DNA of 54,898 bases from Octopus bimaculoides (GCF_001194135.2 NC_068984.1:47226571-47281468), one strand, 5' to 3'; shown: positions 1-11,399, counted from the first letter of the stretch. Program-made: numbers and translations. Notes: a model not told the origin generated them from the letters alone.

Positions 1-234
1 GGAATGGAAAGGTAAAACTTTTTCACAGAAAATTATAGATAAGAAGTTTTAAAAATTTACTTTTGTCTGTCTGAAGAGAGAATACTGTAGTGTTCTTGGA
101 ATAAAGAGGACGTTTACATTTTCGAATACTCAGGGGAGAGGAAATGATAGGTATTCACAGAAGGTGTAGATATTAAAGGTTTTAAAGGTGATTGTTCGAA
201 AGCTGTAGATATGTAAGTTCCTTAACTTATATTG

Positions 235-556
235 AAGGAAATTCAAAACACTCATACGAAGCTGTAGATATTCCAGTCTTTTAGAGTTATTTTTCAGTTA
301 TCCTGCTGGGTTGTATTAATGTTTCTGTGTCTTCAGCTGCTGACAAGTCAAAGTAGCGAAGAACACGTCCAGCCGCTGTCCCGTCTAGACGCCTAATAGA
401 TTAGGCCTAATAGATTAGGCGTGCGGACGTATTCTTCGCTGCTCTGACCTGTCAGCAGCTGAAGACAGAAACACTAATACAGCCCAGCAGGACAACTGGA
501 AAGTAACTCTAAAAGACTGGAATATCTAGTTTCGTGTGAGTATTTTGAATTTCCCT
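235..556. repeat. Fold-back (MITE-like) element with ~135-bp inverted arms and a palindromic core
   Basis: Arm 235-370 (aaggaaattcaaaacactcatacgaa...gaagaacacgtcc) is the imperfect reverse complement of 425-556 (ggacgtattcttcgc...tattttgaatttccct). The core 389-422 is a tandem near-palindrome. Confidence 0.9.
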
Positions 557-626
557 CCGTCCTGTCTTTGTCCTTATATGTCTTTAATTGATATTAGCCC
601 TTGTGGCCAATAAAACGAATTAAATA

Positions 627-834
627 TTATTATTATTATTGAGTGACAGAGCAGTGCATGCCATCAGAGTAACCCCGGGTTAAAATATACGAAGCCCAGT
701 ATACCTATCATGACTACCCGTCTGATAAGGGTACACCAGGCACATGCATCACAACCACATGTGTGTGGCATGGTGATCTCATATCAAGATAAACAGCACA
801 TGACTTTGCAGGTGGGACCCAGTTATAATTTTCT
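627..834 (-). mobile_element. SINE-like repeat family D, partial copy with (AAT)n tail
   Basis: Closely matches 8938-9135 (shared tgactacccgtctgataagggtacaccaggcacatgcatcacaa) and abuts a (TAT)n tract. Confidence 0.8.
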
Positions 835-877
835 ATCATCATCATCATCATTGTTATTATTTTTTTATTTTTTTATT

Positions 878-1120
878 ATTATTACTCCCGCCTTAGCGAA
901 GGCGGAGGTATTGTTTCCAGTCATATTTGCTGGTTTGTTTGTCCATGGACGAGATATCTCAAGAACCGCTGGATGGGTTCGGATGAAACTTTCAGGGATG
1001 TTTGGCCTCGTACTTTTTTACTTAATTTTTGAGTACGGTGGGGTTCATTTTTAGTATTCTCGTTTGTGAGGGCAGTCAAGTTTATTTCAGATATTCTCAT
1101 TTCTAAAATCATCTCTAGCT
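878..1120 (+). mobile_element. Non-autonomous Helentron-type (HINE/DINE-1-like) element, partial
   Basis: Starts ttattactcccgcc. Hairpin ccgcctt-agcg-aaggcgg at 888-905, then gtttgtttgtcc and gagatatctcaagaacc...atgaaactt, which is the DINE-1/HINE block order. Confidence 0.6.
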
Positions 1121-1477
1121 AACCGTTGAAAGGAAGTTAGGGATTACGGAGGTTTACACTCTCTGAGTGCTCTCATTATTATTGTTGTTGTTGTTTCTAA
1201 TTTTAGTGAATCAGAAACTTTCATTGGGAACTGAAAGAATGAATGGCTAAGTTGGCTTCGATTTAATTTAAATTCAGAATGCTAAGAGCCTGAGCCTGAA
1301 TAAATACACCAAGCTATTTTGTATGACACTAACAAGTTAACTAATCCATTGGTGCACGTTTTTATCGGTGAAAAAATATTACAGAAACCAGTTACAGAAC
1401 TGAAAAGGACTAAATTAAAACTTAAATGAATGAAGCTTGACAGTATACATTGTATACAATTGCAAGATATTCATATA

Positions 1478-1746
1478 TCTTTTACTCTTTTACTTGTTTC
1501 AGTCATTTGACTATGGCCATGCTGGAGCACCGCCTTTAGTCGAGCAAATTGACCCCAGGACTTATTCTTTGTAAGCCTAGTACTTATGCTATCGGTCTCT
1601 TTTTGCCGAACCACTAAGTTACGGGGACGTAAACACACCAGCATCGGTTGTCAAACGACGGTGGGGGNNNNNNNNNNNNNNNNNNNNNNNNNNNNNNNNN
1701 NNNNNNNNNNNNNNNNNNNNNNNNNNNNNNNNNNNNNNNNNNNNNN

Positions 1747-1779
<33 letters not shown>

Positions 1780-1939
1780 TATGACGGGCTTCTTTCAGTT
1801 TCCGACTACCAAATCCACTCACAAGGCTTTGGTCGGCCCGAGGCTATAGTAGAAGACACTTGCCAAAGGTGTCACGCAGTGGGACTGAACCCGGAACCAT
1901 GTGGCTGGTAAGCAAGCTACTTACCACACAGCCACTCCT
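1478..1939 (-). mobile_element. tRNA-derived SINE family A (octopus OK/OR-type) with internal microsatellite
   Basis: Minus-strand head aggagtggctgtgtggtaagtagcttgc...ggttcagtcccac (A/B-box-like) and CORE-like caccttTggcaagtgtcttc. Internal (TA)n plus gap; second copy at 44566-45138. Confidence 0.9.
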
Positions 1940-2970
1940 TATATGATTATATAATAGATTAATTATTTAAACAATAGTTTGGTAAAATATAGTATATGCT
2001 TCTTTTTTTAAAGTCCCACCTTTGAAAGCACATTCTAATATTTCTACTGAACGATACACAGTATCCTTCAACATGCTGAAAGACAAATTAGAAAGATTTT
2101 GTATACCCATATTTGAAAAGAACATATGTATAACGGGGAATATAGCTGAATATATAAGAATAATTGAAATTGAACAGCATTTTATCTAAGATACTCTCGA
2201 AACTGTTTCACACTGTGGAATAGGCCAGGAATCGACAGCATGGAAAATGTTAGTCTGCTGCTTGTTATTCGAGATTCTTCATACCCAGTTAATGTCTACC
2301 TTCTACTTGTATTACTCTTTCCTGGTAGGATAACTCTGTTCCCAAAGGAAAGATTACTGTACTACAAGTCTAATCACCAGTCCATATTTTTTCTGTCTGT
2401 AATTTATTAATTAATCTTCTGACTATTAAGCAGTAAGATTAATGTATATGTAATATGTTTCAAAAAATGTCCCTGTACAGGAGCAAGAGTCTATATCTTG
2501 GGGTTTGAGGTACAATTATCCGACTCTGTGTTAAGAACATGCAAAAAAGAATGTGGTGTGTGCCCGAAATGATTACAAGAAAAGTATTTGATTTGTTCAC
2601 ATGTGACTGCTTTCCTCAAACTACAAGATGTGTAGAATTTGATGACATCTTGATAAGGTTACTTTTAAAATAGCAATTGATAAGGTTGCTTTTAAAATAG
2701 CAATTAAGAAGAGGTATACAGTTCTTCCGTTATCCACTAACATTACATTTATAAGCTCGTCTTACACGAATAGTGAAGGTGACATTCCAAAGCGATAGCA
2801 CATCTGCACTTCATTTCACTCAATGATATCTCCCTTTGGGATAGCTAATAAAACAAAACAATTTGAAGACGTAGAAGACTAAGCGCACTCACAGCGTCCT
2901 TTTCATGGCATACCTAAATTAGATATTGCAATTTCTTTTTAATTTATGACTAAATAATAATAATAATCAT

Positions 2971-3180
2971 TTGTACTAAAGGCACAAGGCCTGACATTTG
3001 GGGGAGGGGACGAATCAATTACATCAACACCAGTGTTTCACTGGCACTTAATTTATTAACCCCGAAATGATGAAAAGTAAAGTCGACTTCGGTGGAATTT
3101 GAACTCAGAACGTAGCAACGGGCGAAATACTGCTAAGCATTTGGTCCAGCGTGTTAACAAGTTTGCCAGATCACTGCTTT
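2971..3180 (-). mobile_element. tRNA-derived SINE family B
   Basis: Reverse complement of the family body gttctgagttcaaattccrccgaggtcgactttgcctttcatcc...aattaagtaccagt. Confidence 0.85.
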
Positions 3181-3362
3181 AATGACAACAACAACAACAA
3201 CAAGAGCGCAACGAGTTAGAGATTGACACTATTGAATTGAACAATATTTCAATAGATTGTCTCCCTCGAGTTCAAAATTTACAGTGAAAAAAAAGAATTA
3301 AAAATCCCAGATACGGGAATTAAAAATATGAACACGAATATGCTGCTTTCCATGAATACAAA

Positions 3363-4004
3363 ACTAGCAGAGAAACCCGGCCTTGCTCGGGATTAAAATA
3401 GTTTATTATTGTTTTACTTGTTTCGGTATTATAGCCCGATTTAATTCGGGTCTACGTGGGCCACATTTCAAAAGTTGAGGAATGTTTCCCTAGAGATCCC
3501 GCCTTTCAATTGAGCAAACTCAAAGTTGCCATGCAAACGCACCAGCACTTTTAACATAGGTGTGCATATTTTCAGCTCAATCCGACCACATATGTACACT
3601 GCTTTCTCTCTATAGATACAGACAGATGTACAAAGAGAGAGAGGCGATGGGAGAAAGAGCGACAGAGAGACGGCGAAGATGGAGTGGGAAAAAGAGTGAA
3701 AGCTGTCAAACGTTGTTATAGAGAGAAAGTGGAGGGAAGGGAGGAAAGAGAGAGATCGAGGGTGATATACGAAAGACAGAAATGACAAACACTTGTCAAT
3801 GTCTGGGTTTTGTTGCCCTAATGACAACAGCTTTTGAGATGGAGATTTCTAATCTAGTTCAGTCGCTTCCTCGCCTCATTTTACATGTCTCTGTAACTTT
3901 TCACCGCAATCCGAGCTCGCCTACTGCCATTGAACTCTGCATAACCACTAAATGAGACACGCAAACATACAACTTTCGGCCATTTCACTTTTGTATAAAG
4001 AGAT
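3363..4004 (+). mobile_element. Non-autonomous Helitron/Helentron-type element
   Basis: 5' actagcagagaaacccggccttgctcggg (subterminal hairpin cccg/cggg), internal gtgtgcatattttcagctcaatccg followed by gacaga-type microsatellite, 3' cacttttgtataaagagat. Confidence 0.55.
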
Positions 4005-4674
4005 AATATCATCAGCTTTTGCTTTTTCATAACTAGTAACCAAGAAAAGACAGAGAATGAAAGAAAATAGAAAACAGGAAAGAGATCACTTGGGATTTTG
4101 TGTAAACGTGATGAAATTCGTCAGTCATTTTATTAATTCTTCCAAAGCATGACGTTAGCAATTCACATATAGCATATATTTGTCCTGATGTGTTTTGGGA
4201 TTGAAAGTACAGTTGAGTCAGAATATTTTTTGAGAATGTGTACTTTCGGGTGTTCCTCAATATTATAGCCATTTCATGTAAAACATTCGATAAGTTCCGT
4301 AGAACTTCTGCTATTGTGCCTGAAGTTATACCTATGCCCATTGAATCGTTTATTTAATTATCCTGGTGTGCAAACAACATAAATCAAATTGTGTTTGGTG
4401 CATTCCCCTGCGTATAACAAATGGGAATCTTTACAAACCCTACCTACTGTATAAATCATAACATTTCTGTTATGATTTATGATAGAATTGACTTGACTCA
4501 TTCTGTTGTACAAGGAACAGGGCTTACTTCTCATGCGGTTGTTGTTGTGTTGCTGCGTTCAGAAACTCCACTGATTGTTTTCTTGGGGTTAGAGGTAGAG
4601 GTAAATAGCTGTCTTATGTCTGGTTTTTTTTTTTTTTTTGCATATAAAAGCTACAATAGACTAGAGGGAGGTAT

Positions 4675-4860
4675 TTGTTTGAAATGAAGATACCTTTTCT
4701 GAAATATGCTGGTAACAACACTTTGGAAATACCAGTGGAATTTTGGTACCACATAATCACTAAAGGAATCCGATCACAATTTTTTACTTTGGCTACTAAA
4801 ATTATACTGTCATTTGCGATTTCTTTTAATCGTAATTTTCTGCAACCACTTGCATTATAA
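4675..4860 (+). pseudogene. Possible remnant of a hAT transposase C-terminal dimerisation region
   Basis: Translation EIPVEFWYHIITKGIRSQFFTLATKIILSFAIS loosely fits the hAT pattern FW...LA..IL..F.S. The resemblance is weak and motif-level only. Confidence 0.3.
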
Positions 4861-5378
4861 TAACGTGCAAAAGCATTTGCATATCTCTTATGTCGGTACA
4901 AATCCGTTTTATCCTCATAGTAAAATCTGTGATCTAATTCTGTTAGTGCTTATCTGGCACCAAAATTTCGCTGGCATTTCATGTCTCGCATGAAAGTTAG
5001 AAGTATATATCTGATTTGATAACATCACGCCCTTGAGGAATGAATAAAATGACAGAGGATTTTCATCACATTTGCACAAATCTGTTTGACTAAGTGTTCT
5101 GTTTCTTGTTTTCATTTTTGTTTCTTTCTTTCTTTCCCGTTCGTAGCGGTTATGAAAAGCGAAAACTGATGATGTTGTTTTGTTTAAATACCATTTTCCC
5201 GTTCATAAATTTAATGTCTGTATTTCTGCATTTTGTTTTCTTTTGCATTTTACACTTTGAACCCGGGAAGACACACAATCTCTCAAAATATTGTTCGATT
5301 CGTACAATTCATTAACCGTCAATCTTTATTACAAATCGCGTCGCGTTCATAATTGATAAAAATATAAGATAATAATGA

Positions 5379-5462
5379 GAAGAAGAAGAAGAAGAAGAAG
5401 AAGAAGAAGAAGAAGAAGAAGAAGAAGAAGAAGAAGAAGAAGAAGAAGAAGAAGAAGAAGAA
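5379..5462 (+). repeat. (GAA)~28 pure microsatellite
   Basis: Direct read. Confidence 0.98.
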
Positions 5463-5469
5463 CACTAGT

Positions 5470-6990
5470 AATTGCGCAACCTGATAATCGCTACCTGATA
5501 ATCGATATGACTGACAATGAATAAACAAAATATTGCGAATAACGGTGGTAATGAAACCCACCCCTTGATGGTGACAGTGTTACACCCGCCAGGCTCTGAG
5601 ATACTGGTCCGACTCCAGCCTGTTGTTATCCAGCAAGGAACCAGCACATACAGCAAAGATGGAACAAACAACTCAATGCTGTGTTATTCATTGTTACTAC
5701 TTGAGCAACACAATAGATGAAAATGGTGTTCATGGTAGGAGATACCGACAACGTATGTATGATCAATGGAGAGAAAGAGGATTGTTTCACCTCACGGAAC
5801 AGAGATTATGTGATCAAGCTTGAGCAATACGAAAAAAATTGTTGTTTCACAGAAGTAGCGCCTGAAGCTCTCAAAAGACAGGTATTGGAAAACAGCAACA
5901 GAGGAAACGATGAAAATACAGTTCCTACTGATAAAAGTAGCAGACAGCAGAGGTGTAATCTCTAATAAAACACAGGAAAGGAACAGTGATAGCTTGCTCG
6001 ATGAAAGACATATAGATAGTTTGTAAGAAGACAATAAAACTAATGGTGACATGACAGATGGGCAAAAGACAATCAACGACAAAATGAAGGCATGGCTACA
6101 TGAGAACGATAGCGACATTATTTGCAACCATAAAAAGGTTGAGTGGTGGAAACTGAACTAAGAAACGAAAAATGTGAATGAAATTCTGAAATACATCAGA
6201 ACAAAAAACATCACAGAAACAAACAATTTGATCAAAGCCGCAAGTATTGTCATAGAAAATGTGGGTGCTGATGTCAAGAAAAAGAAATATAATTGGAGTG
6301 ACAAAAGAAAAAATCCATAGTGGAAAAAAAAAGGATCCAGGCGGGGTTAGATATGCTCTCGGGGGACATTTCTCTGTTAGATCGAAGAGAAATGGGGGAT
6401 CTTAAAACCGAGCAAAAATACAGGGCACTGAACAGGAAGTATAATATTGAAAGAAAGGGCCTGAAATTGGTAATGGAGGAACTGAAAGAGCGCCTCGTTG
6501 CAAAGAAAACAAAGATAGTAAGATACGACCAAAGAAGGGAGAGGTTATGAAGCAGATAGAAGAGACTTTACAATACCAGTGATTGCAGGAGCAATTGGAA
6601 TGATCAAAAAAGGAACTGAAAATTATTTAAGAATGATCCCTGGCTTACCATCCATGCAGGAAGTGCAAAAGATTGTCTTAACCAGTATGTCACACGTATT
6701 GAGAGGAGCATTGTCATTGTGAATTTTCTTTCCTTTTTCCCCTTTATTTATTTACTTTTCTACTTTTTATTTTTTTCCTTTTTGTCACTGTCTTCCTATT
6801 TTCTCTATCACATGACTCACTAAATCAACTATCTGGTGTGTTTCTTTTAATGGTCTACCAATGTATACAGTACATCTTTCTGCTCTAGCTGTCAGGATGA
6901 CACTCGGCAAGAAATGGAAACAGAATTGAAAGAAGATGCTAATGAAAATAATGATAATAATAATGATAATGATCATGATGATCATGATAA
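5470..6990 (+). mobile_element. R4/Dong-clade non-LTR retrotransposon, internally deleted (N-terminus joined to extreme C-terminus, 3'UTR and tail)
   Basis: N-terminal motifs CYYLS...RYRQRMYDQWRERGLFHLTEQRLCDQA (within ORF 5623-5823) and LNRKYNIERKGLKLVMEELKERLVAKKTKIVRYDQR (within ORF 6320-6550). C-terminus TIPVIAGAIGMIKKG...QEVQKIVLTSMSHVLRGALSL* (6570-6722). (AAT/GAT)n tail at 6946-6990. Confidence 0.85.
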
Positions 6991-6999
6991 ACACTGCAA

Positions 7000-8560
7000 T
7001 ATGAAACAGGAAAGAATTCTAAATCTAAATCTGAAATCTATCACCGTTGGAAGAGAAATATTCCAAGCATATGCCTATAGTGCGCTCTTTATGCTGGCTA
7101 TAACTGATACGTTGACCCAACATGTTAAATCAGACTGGATGTAATACAAAATATTGTAGATTGGCAATGAAGCATTTCTTGACAACGAATAACCTCAATT
7201 TGCATACTGCAATCGAAAACAACTGAAATTACTGTTAAGAACAACACAGACATTAAGAAGTGGAACTGACATGAAACTTGGTTTAGAAAATTGAAGAGGA
7301 AATAATTAAAAATACTAATATCAGTTCGATAAACTAAAACAGAGACAAGAGAATTAGAACAATGATAGACTATCCAATATTCTGGAATTAATGGTGTAGA
7401 CAGATTGCGACAGATACATTTAAAAGAAAGGGTTACGTAGGTTGGGAAGCTGTTTTGGCTTAACATCTTTATCAGAGTGCCAAAAAAGATATTAGCTGTT
7501 CCAGTAATGTGTTATAGTTAAATACTGTCCACTTGAAATTAAGAGAATTTTAATGAATAGATTAATAAAACATCAGCTAAAACTGACAAAGATTATTCTT
7601 ACCTAGAACACAAAGACATGCGAAATATTTTCGTCTAGAAATCTATAAGATCTCAAAATAAAATTAAAGGGAAACAAATAATAATTACTACGAAACATGG
7701 ACAAATAAACTCATCTATTTTTAGTTTTCAAATTTTCCAACAAATATACAACAGAAGGAGAGATCAGTGTAGCTAAGTTAACGAATCATTATCAAAAACT
7801 GATAAAAACCAAAGTAACAACAAAATTGCAAATTCTCATGCTAAGACGTTATTTTGAAAGCATCTATATGAATCAGAAATGAATACATAAACGTCAACAG
7901 TGGTTGAGAAGTGCAAGCCCGTAAGCTAAGACCAAAAGATACATTTAGCGGTTTAAGACAAAGATGTTCACTCCAATATAAAAATAGTGCAAAAAATAAT
8001 TTAAAAATTTGTGGGAGCTGAGAAGAATCTATCAGTTGCATTATTTCGCACTGTTCTGTCTAAACTAAACTAAAGCATGTGTTTAAATGTCGGAGTTCGA
8101 ACTTTCTTGAACTGGAAAGCAACATGTCCGGAGTTAAAACATTTCAGAGAAAGACACGAGCAAGATAAATATATTCTGGTATATAGCGATTGATATTGAC
8201 CATAGGATTAAGTCAAATCTCCCTCATATTGGTCTCAAATACCATCAGAAAAATAAATGCATCCTAATAGTTATATCAATATCAGCAGTCGGCAATACAG
8301 CATTGAGAAAATAGGAAAAAGTAGAGTATAAAAATTTTCAAGAAGTGATGTATGGAAATAGAACTACTAATAAGTGTCCTTTGAAAGATAAAAAATGGAA
8401 AGAAATATAACAGCAACAAACATTGCGAATATAATACCTACTATATTTTTAGTATAATAGAAAACACATAACCAAAAGAAAATATCGTACATATGCATGA
8501 CATTTAGAGCTGGGCTTCCATGTACAACGAAGGCACTCAAAAAGTATTTTCGGATTCTTC
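7000..8560 (+). mobile_element. R4/Dong-clade element, 5'-truncated and heavily decayed (RT C-half plus REL endonuclease)
   Basis: REIFQAYAYSALFMLA resembles RGIFQGDSLSPLLFxLA; TDMKLGLEN resembles DIxMxFGLxKC; LAVPVMCYS is present. DHRIKSNLPHIGLKYHQKNKCILIVISI (~8190-8290) resembles the REL motif NRPDIV...C.LIDVSIP. Many stops and frameshifts. Confidence 0.75.
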
Positions 8561-8659
8561 TAAAATGAGTGCTTTATCTAACAGTCTGCTGCACTCATAC
8601 ATCCACACATAAACACATACATTCTCTCTACTGCACATACATAGACATTCACAGTCTTT

Positions 8660-8756
8660 CTCACGCACACACATAAGCACTCACTCTCTCTCTCGCTCTT
8701 TCTCTTTCTCTCTCTCTTTCTCTTTCTCTCTCTCTTTCTCTATCTCTCTCTCCTTC

Positions 8757-8789
<33 letters not shown>

Positions 8790-8801
8790 TTNNNNNNNNN
8801 N

Positions 8802-8842
<41 letters not shown>
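8660..8842 (+). repeat. Compound (CT)n/(CA)n microsatellite with a 10-N gap
   Basis: Direct read. Confidence 0.95.
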
Positions 8843-8846
<4 letters not shown>

Positions 8847-8937
8847 CAGTACACCAAATAGTTGATTTCATTGACTTCAGTATTCTAACGATTTTAGCAA
8901 TCCATAAATCTTTAGCACAATATAAGCAACAACATGA

Positions 8938-9262
8938 TTATTATTATTGAGTGAGAGAGCAGCGCATGCCATCAAAGTGACACTGGGGTAAAATATACGA
9001 AGCCCATTATACCCATCATGACTACCCGTCTGATAAGGGTACACCAGGCACATGCATCACAATCATATGTGCGCGACATGGTGATCTCATATCAAGATAA
9101 ACACCGCATGACCTTGCAGGTGGGGCCCAGTTAGAATATTTTTTTCGGGTCGAGTGACCCATCCCGCTCCAAAGGTGCCTGAATAAGGATTGTTTAAGGA
9201 TGTTAAGCAAAACACCCATGTTTCCAAAGGTGAATTATTCAAACCCCAAAGAATTCCTCCCA
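8938..9262 (-). mobile_element. SINE-like repeat family D, longer copy
   Basis: Homologous to 627-834; (TAT)n tail at its left end. Confidence 0.8.
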
Positions 9263-9294
9263 TTATTATTATTTCAAATTTTTGCCATAAGGGC

Positions 9295-9380
9295 AGCTTG
9301 AACACAGAACATAAAGACAAGCGAAATGCCGCTAAGCATTCTGCCTGGCGTGTTGAGGATTCTGCCAGTTCACCCCCTTA
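9295..9380 (-). mobile_element. SINE family B head fragment
   Basis: gaaatgccgctaagcattctgcctggcgtgttgaggattctgccagttcacccccttA is the reverse complement of the family head. Confidence 0.7.
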
Positions 9381-9417
9381 AGAATAATGATGATGTTGAT
9401 GAGTACATGCCATTTTC

Positions 9418-10022
9418 TGAGGGAGTGCAATATTTTAGCACAAAAGGAGTATAAGTGCAGACATGATTGTGTAGACAAAAGAGTGCATTGGGATAATAGC
9501 CGAGGGTGTGGCTTCACAACAACAGAAAGGTAATGTGAGCACGAACCAAAAACTGTAATAGAAAATAATACTTACAAGATTTGACTATTGGAGCAAAAAG
9601 ACCAGATATAATTATAGAGGACAAAATAAACAAACAATGTAGGATCATGGATTTGCAATTTCCTTTAACAGTAGAGTCGATATCAAAGAAATTGAAAAGA
9701 AAAATGAGAAATATCAGAATCCATCCAAAGAACTGAGAAGACCAAAGCCGTAATTATTCCTGTAGTGTATTTGAGAAAACATCCAAAATGCTACCTAAAA
9801 GACTGAAAGAGGTTGGAATTGAAATTTGCATTGACTACCTACAGGACAGTACCAACCTACATTCTGCAAGAATACTAAAGAAGATATTTGAGATTTAGTG
9901 AGACTCATTGTCACCAAATCTCAAGACAAAAGTAACTGATAACTGAATTAGCAAGCACTAACAATCATAATAATAATAACAAGAGCAGCAATAACATTGA
10001 CAATAACAAGCGCAATAATAAT
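9418..10022 (+). mobile_element. R4/Dong-clade element 3' end (zinc knuckle plus REL endonuclease, 3'UTR, (AAT)n tail)
   Basis: ECNILAQKEYKCRHDCVDKRVHWD, HEPKTVIENN, GAKRPDIIIEDKINKQCRIMD, HSARILKKIFEI*, followed by an aat-rich tail at 9961-10022. Confidence 0.85.
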
Positions 10023-10409
10023 AGTTTATGATTTGAGTACAAGGCAAATAATTTTAAAAGGAAGTTTTAGTTAACGCTATCGACCCGATTACTAATTAGG
10101 TACTATATTTTTATTACTACTATTCTAACAATACTTTTAATGATAACAACCACGCACGTAGGGCCAGAAACGGGAACAGTCGACCTGAAATGGTAAAGAC
10201 AGGGACAGGGACACCCACATAGAGATAGGCAGTAGAAGGGAGACTACTTTTACAATTCCTAGTGCAACAGGGCCAGGGACAGTAAATGCTAGACATATTA
10301 CCACGGATTCCTTGTTGATAACTGAAATGTAAACAATAGTAGATCTATGGAAACGGAAAGAGTGGATTATCTAATTCTGGTCTCACTAACATTGTAAAGA
10401 AAAAAAAAA

Positions 10410-10810
10410 ACAATAACTGTGGAAAAAATAAAACTTGTCCCTTAAATGCTAAATGTTCGAGCAAAAATTTAGTATACAGATATAGGTGTACATTAGAAGG
10501 AAATTCGCACTTCTGTATTGGTGCATGTTCAACAAACTTCATGACGTGACTGGAAAATCATTTACTTTCATATAAGGAAAGAGAAAGGATGTATAACGCG
10601 AGCCTGAGTGTGTGCATATGACCCTTAAAGATAGAAACATCAACTTTAGTATAGAATAGGAAAAAGCAAGCATAGCTGAATCATATGTAATTGGAGGAAA
10701 AAGATGCAATTTGTTTATAGAGGAAATATTCCATATTTTCACAGCCAAACACCAGTTGCTTAACAATAAACAAGATCAAGCCATAAAGTGTTTGCACCCA
10801 CATAGAAGGG
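10410..10810 (+). mobile_element. Penelope-like element, decayed GIY-YIG endonuclease region
   Basis: NCGKNKTCPLNAKCSSKNLVYR, FCIGACSTNF, LKDRNINFSIE, AESYVIGGKRCNLFIEE, LLNNKQDQAIKCLH match the PLE C-terminal pattern CNC..CPL.GKC...YIG...KRCNLC..EK...LNKR.E...C.H. Confidence 0.8.
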
Positions 10811-11399
10811 CTTTCAAATACTTCCATGGAAGTGACATATAATTTAGTAACCACTCTGTGAAAAGGAGATGCTTATGTTTACGTGGTAAATGTTAGAATA
10901 ATATCTAGTTTGACTTTCAAATAGCAATCACGATTCTCCATAATTTAAATTATCTAAAAATTCTTACCACATATATAGGATGAAGAATCTGCATATAATC
11001 TGAAACTCGATTTATGCAGAGAAAATTTTGAATTGGACTCATAAATATATTCTTCATACCTCTTGTATTTTATTTCATCTGATTTAATAGCCAACAATTG
11101 AACACAATATCAGATCACAAACACATAGTCCACTTAAGACTAGGGCTGAAAAAATACTCGTTGACCTACTTAAAGGTCAAAGATTCTCATTTAGAGTTAC
11201 ACCTTAGGTTGAGTTCAGATCAAACCATATAATAGTTTTCATGACCATATTAAGTTATTAAATCTCCCCACCTCGCATACTTTCTCTCAAAAACTATTGT
11301 AGTCTGTCAAAATAACGTTGGTCAGACATACATAAACTTTTTTGAATCCGTGAACGGACTTTGAATCAAGCTGCATAGAATGCTAACCAGTAGAAAATG

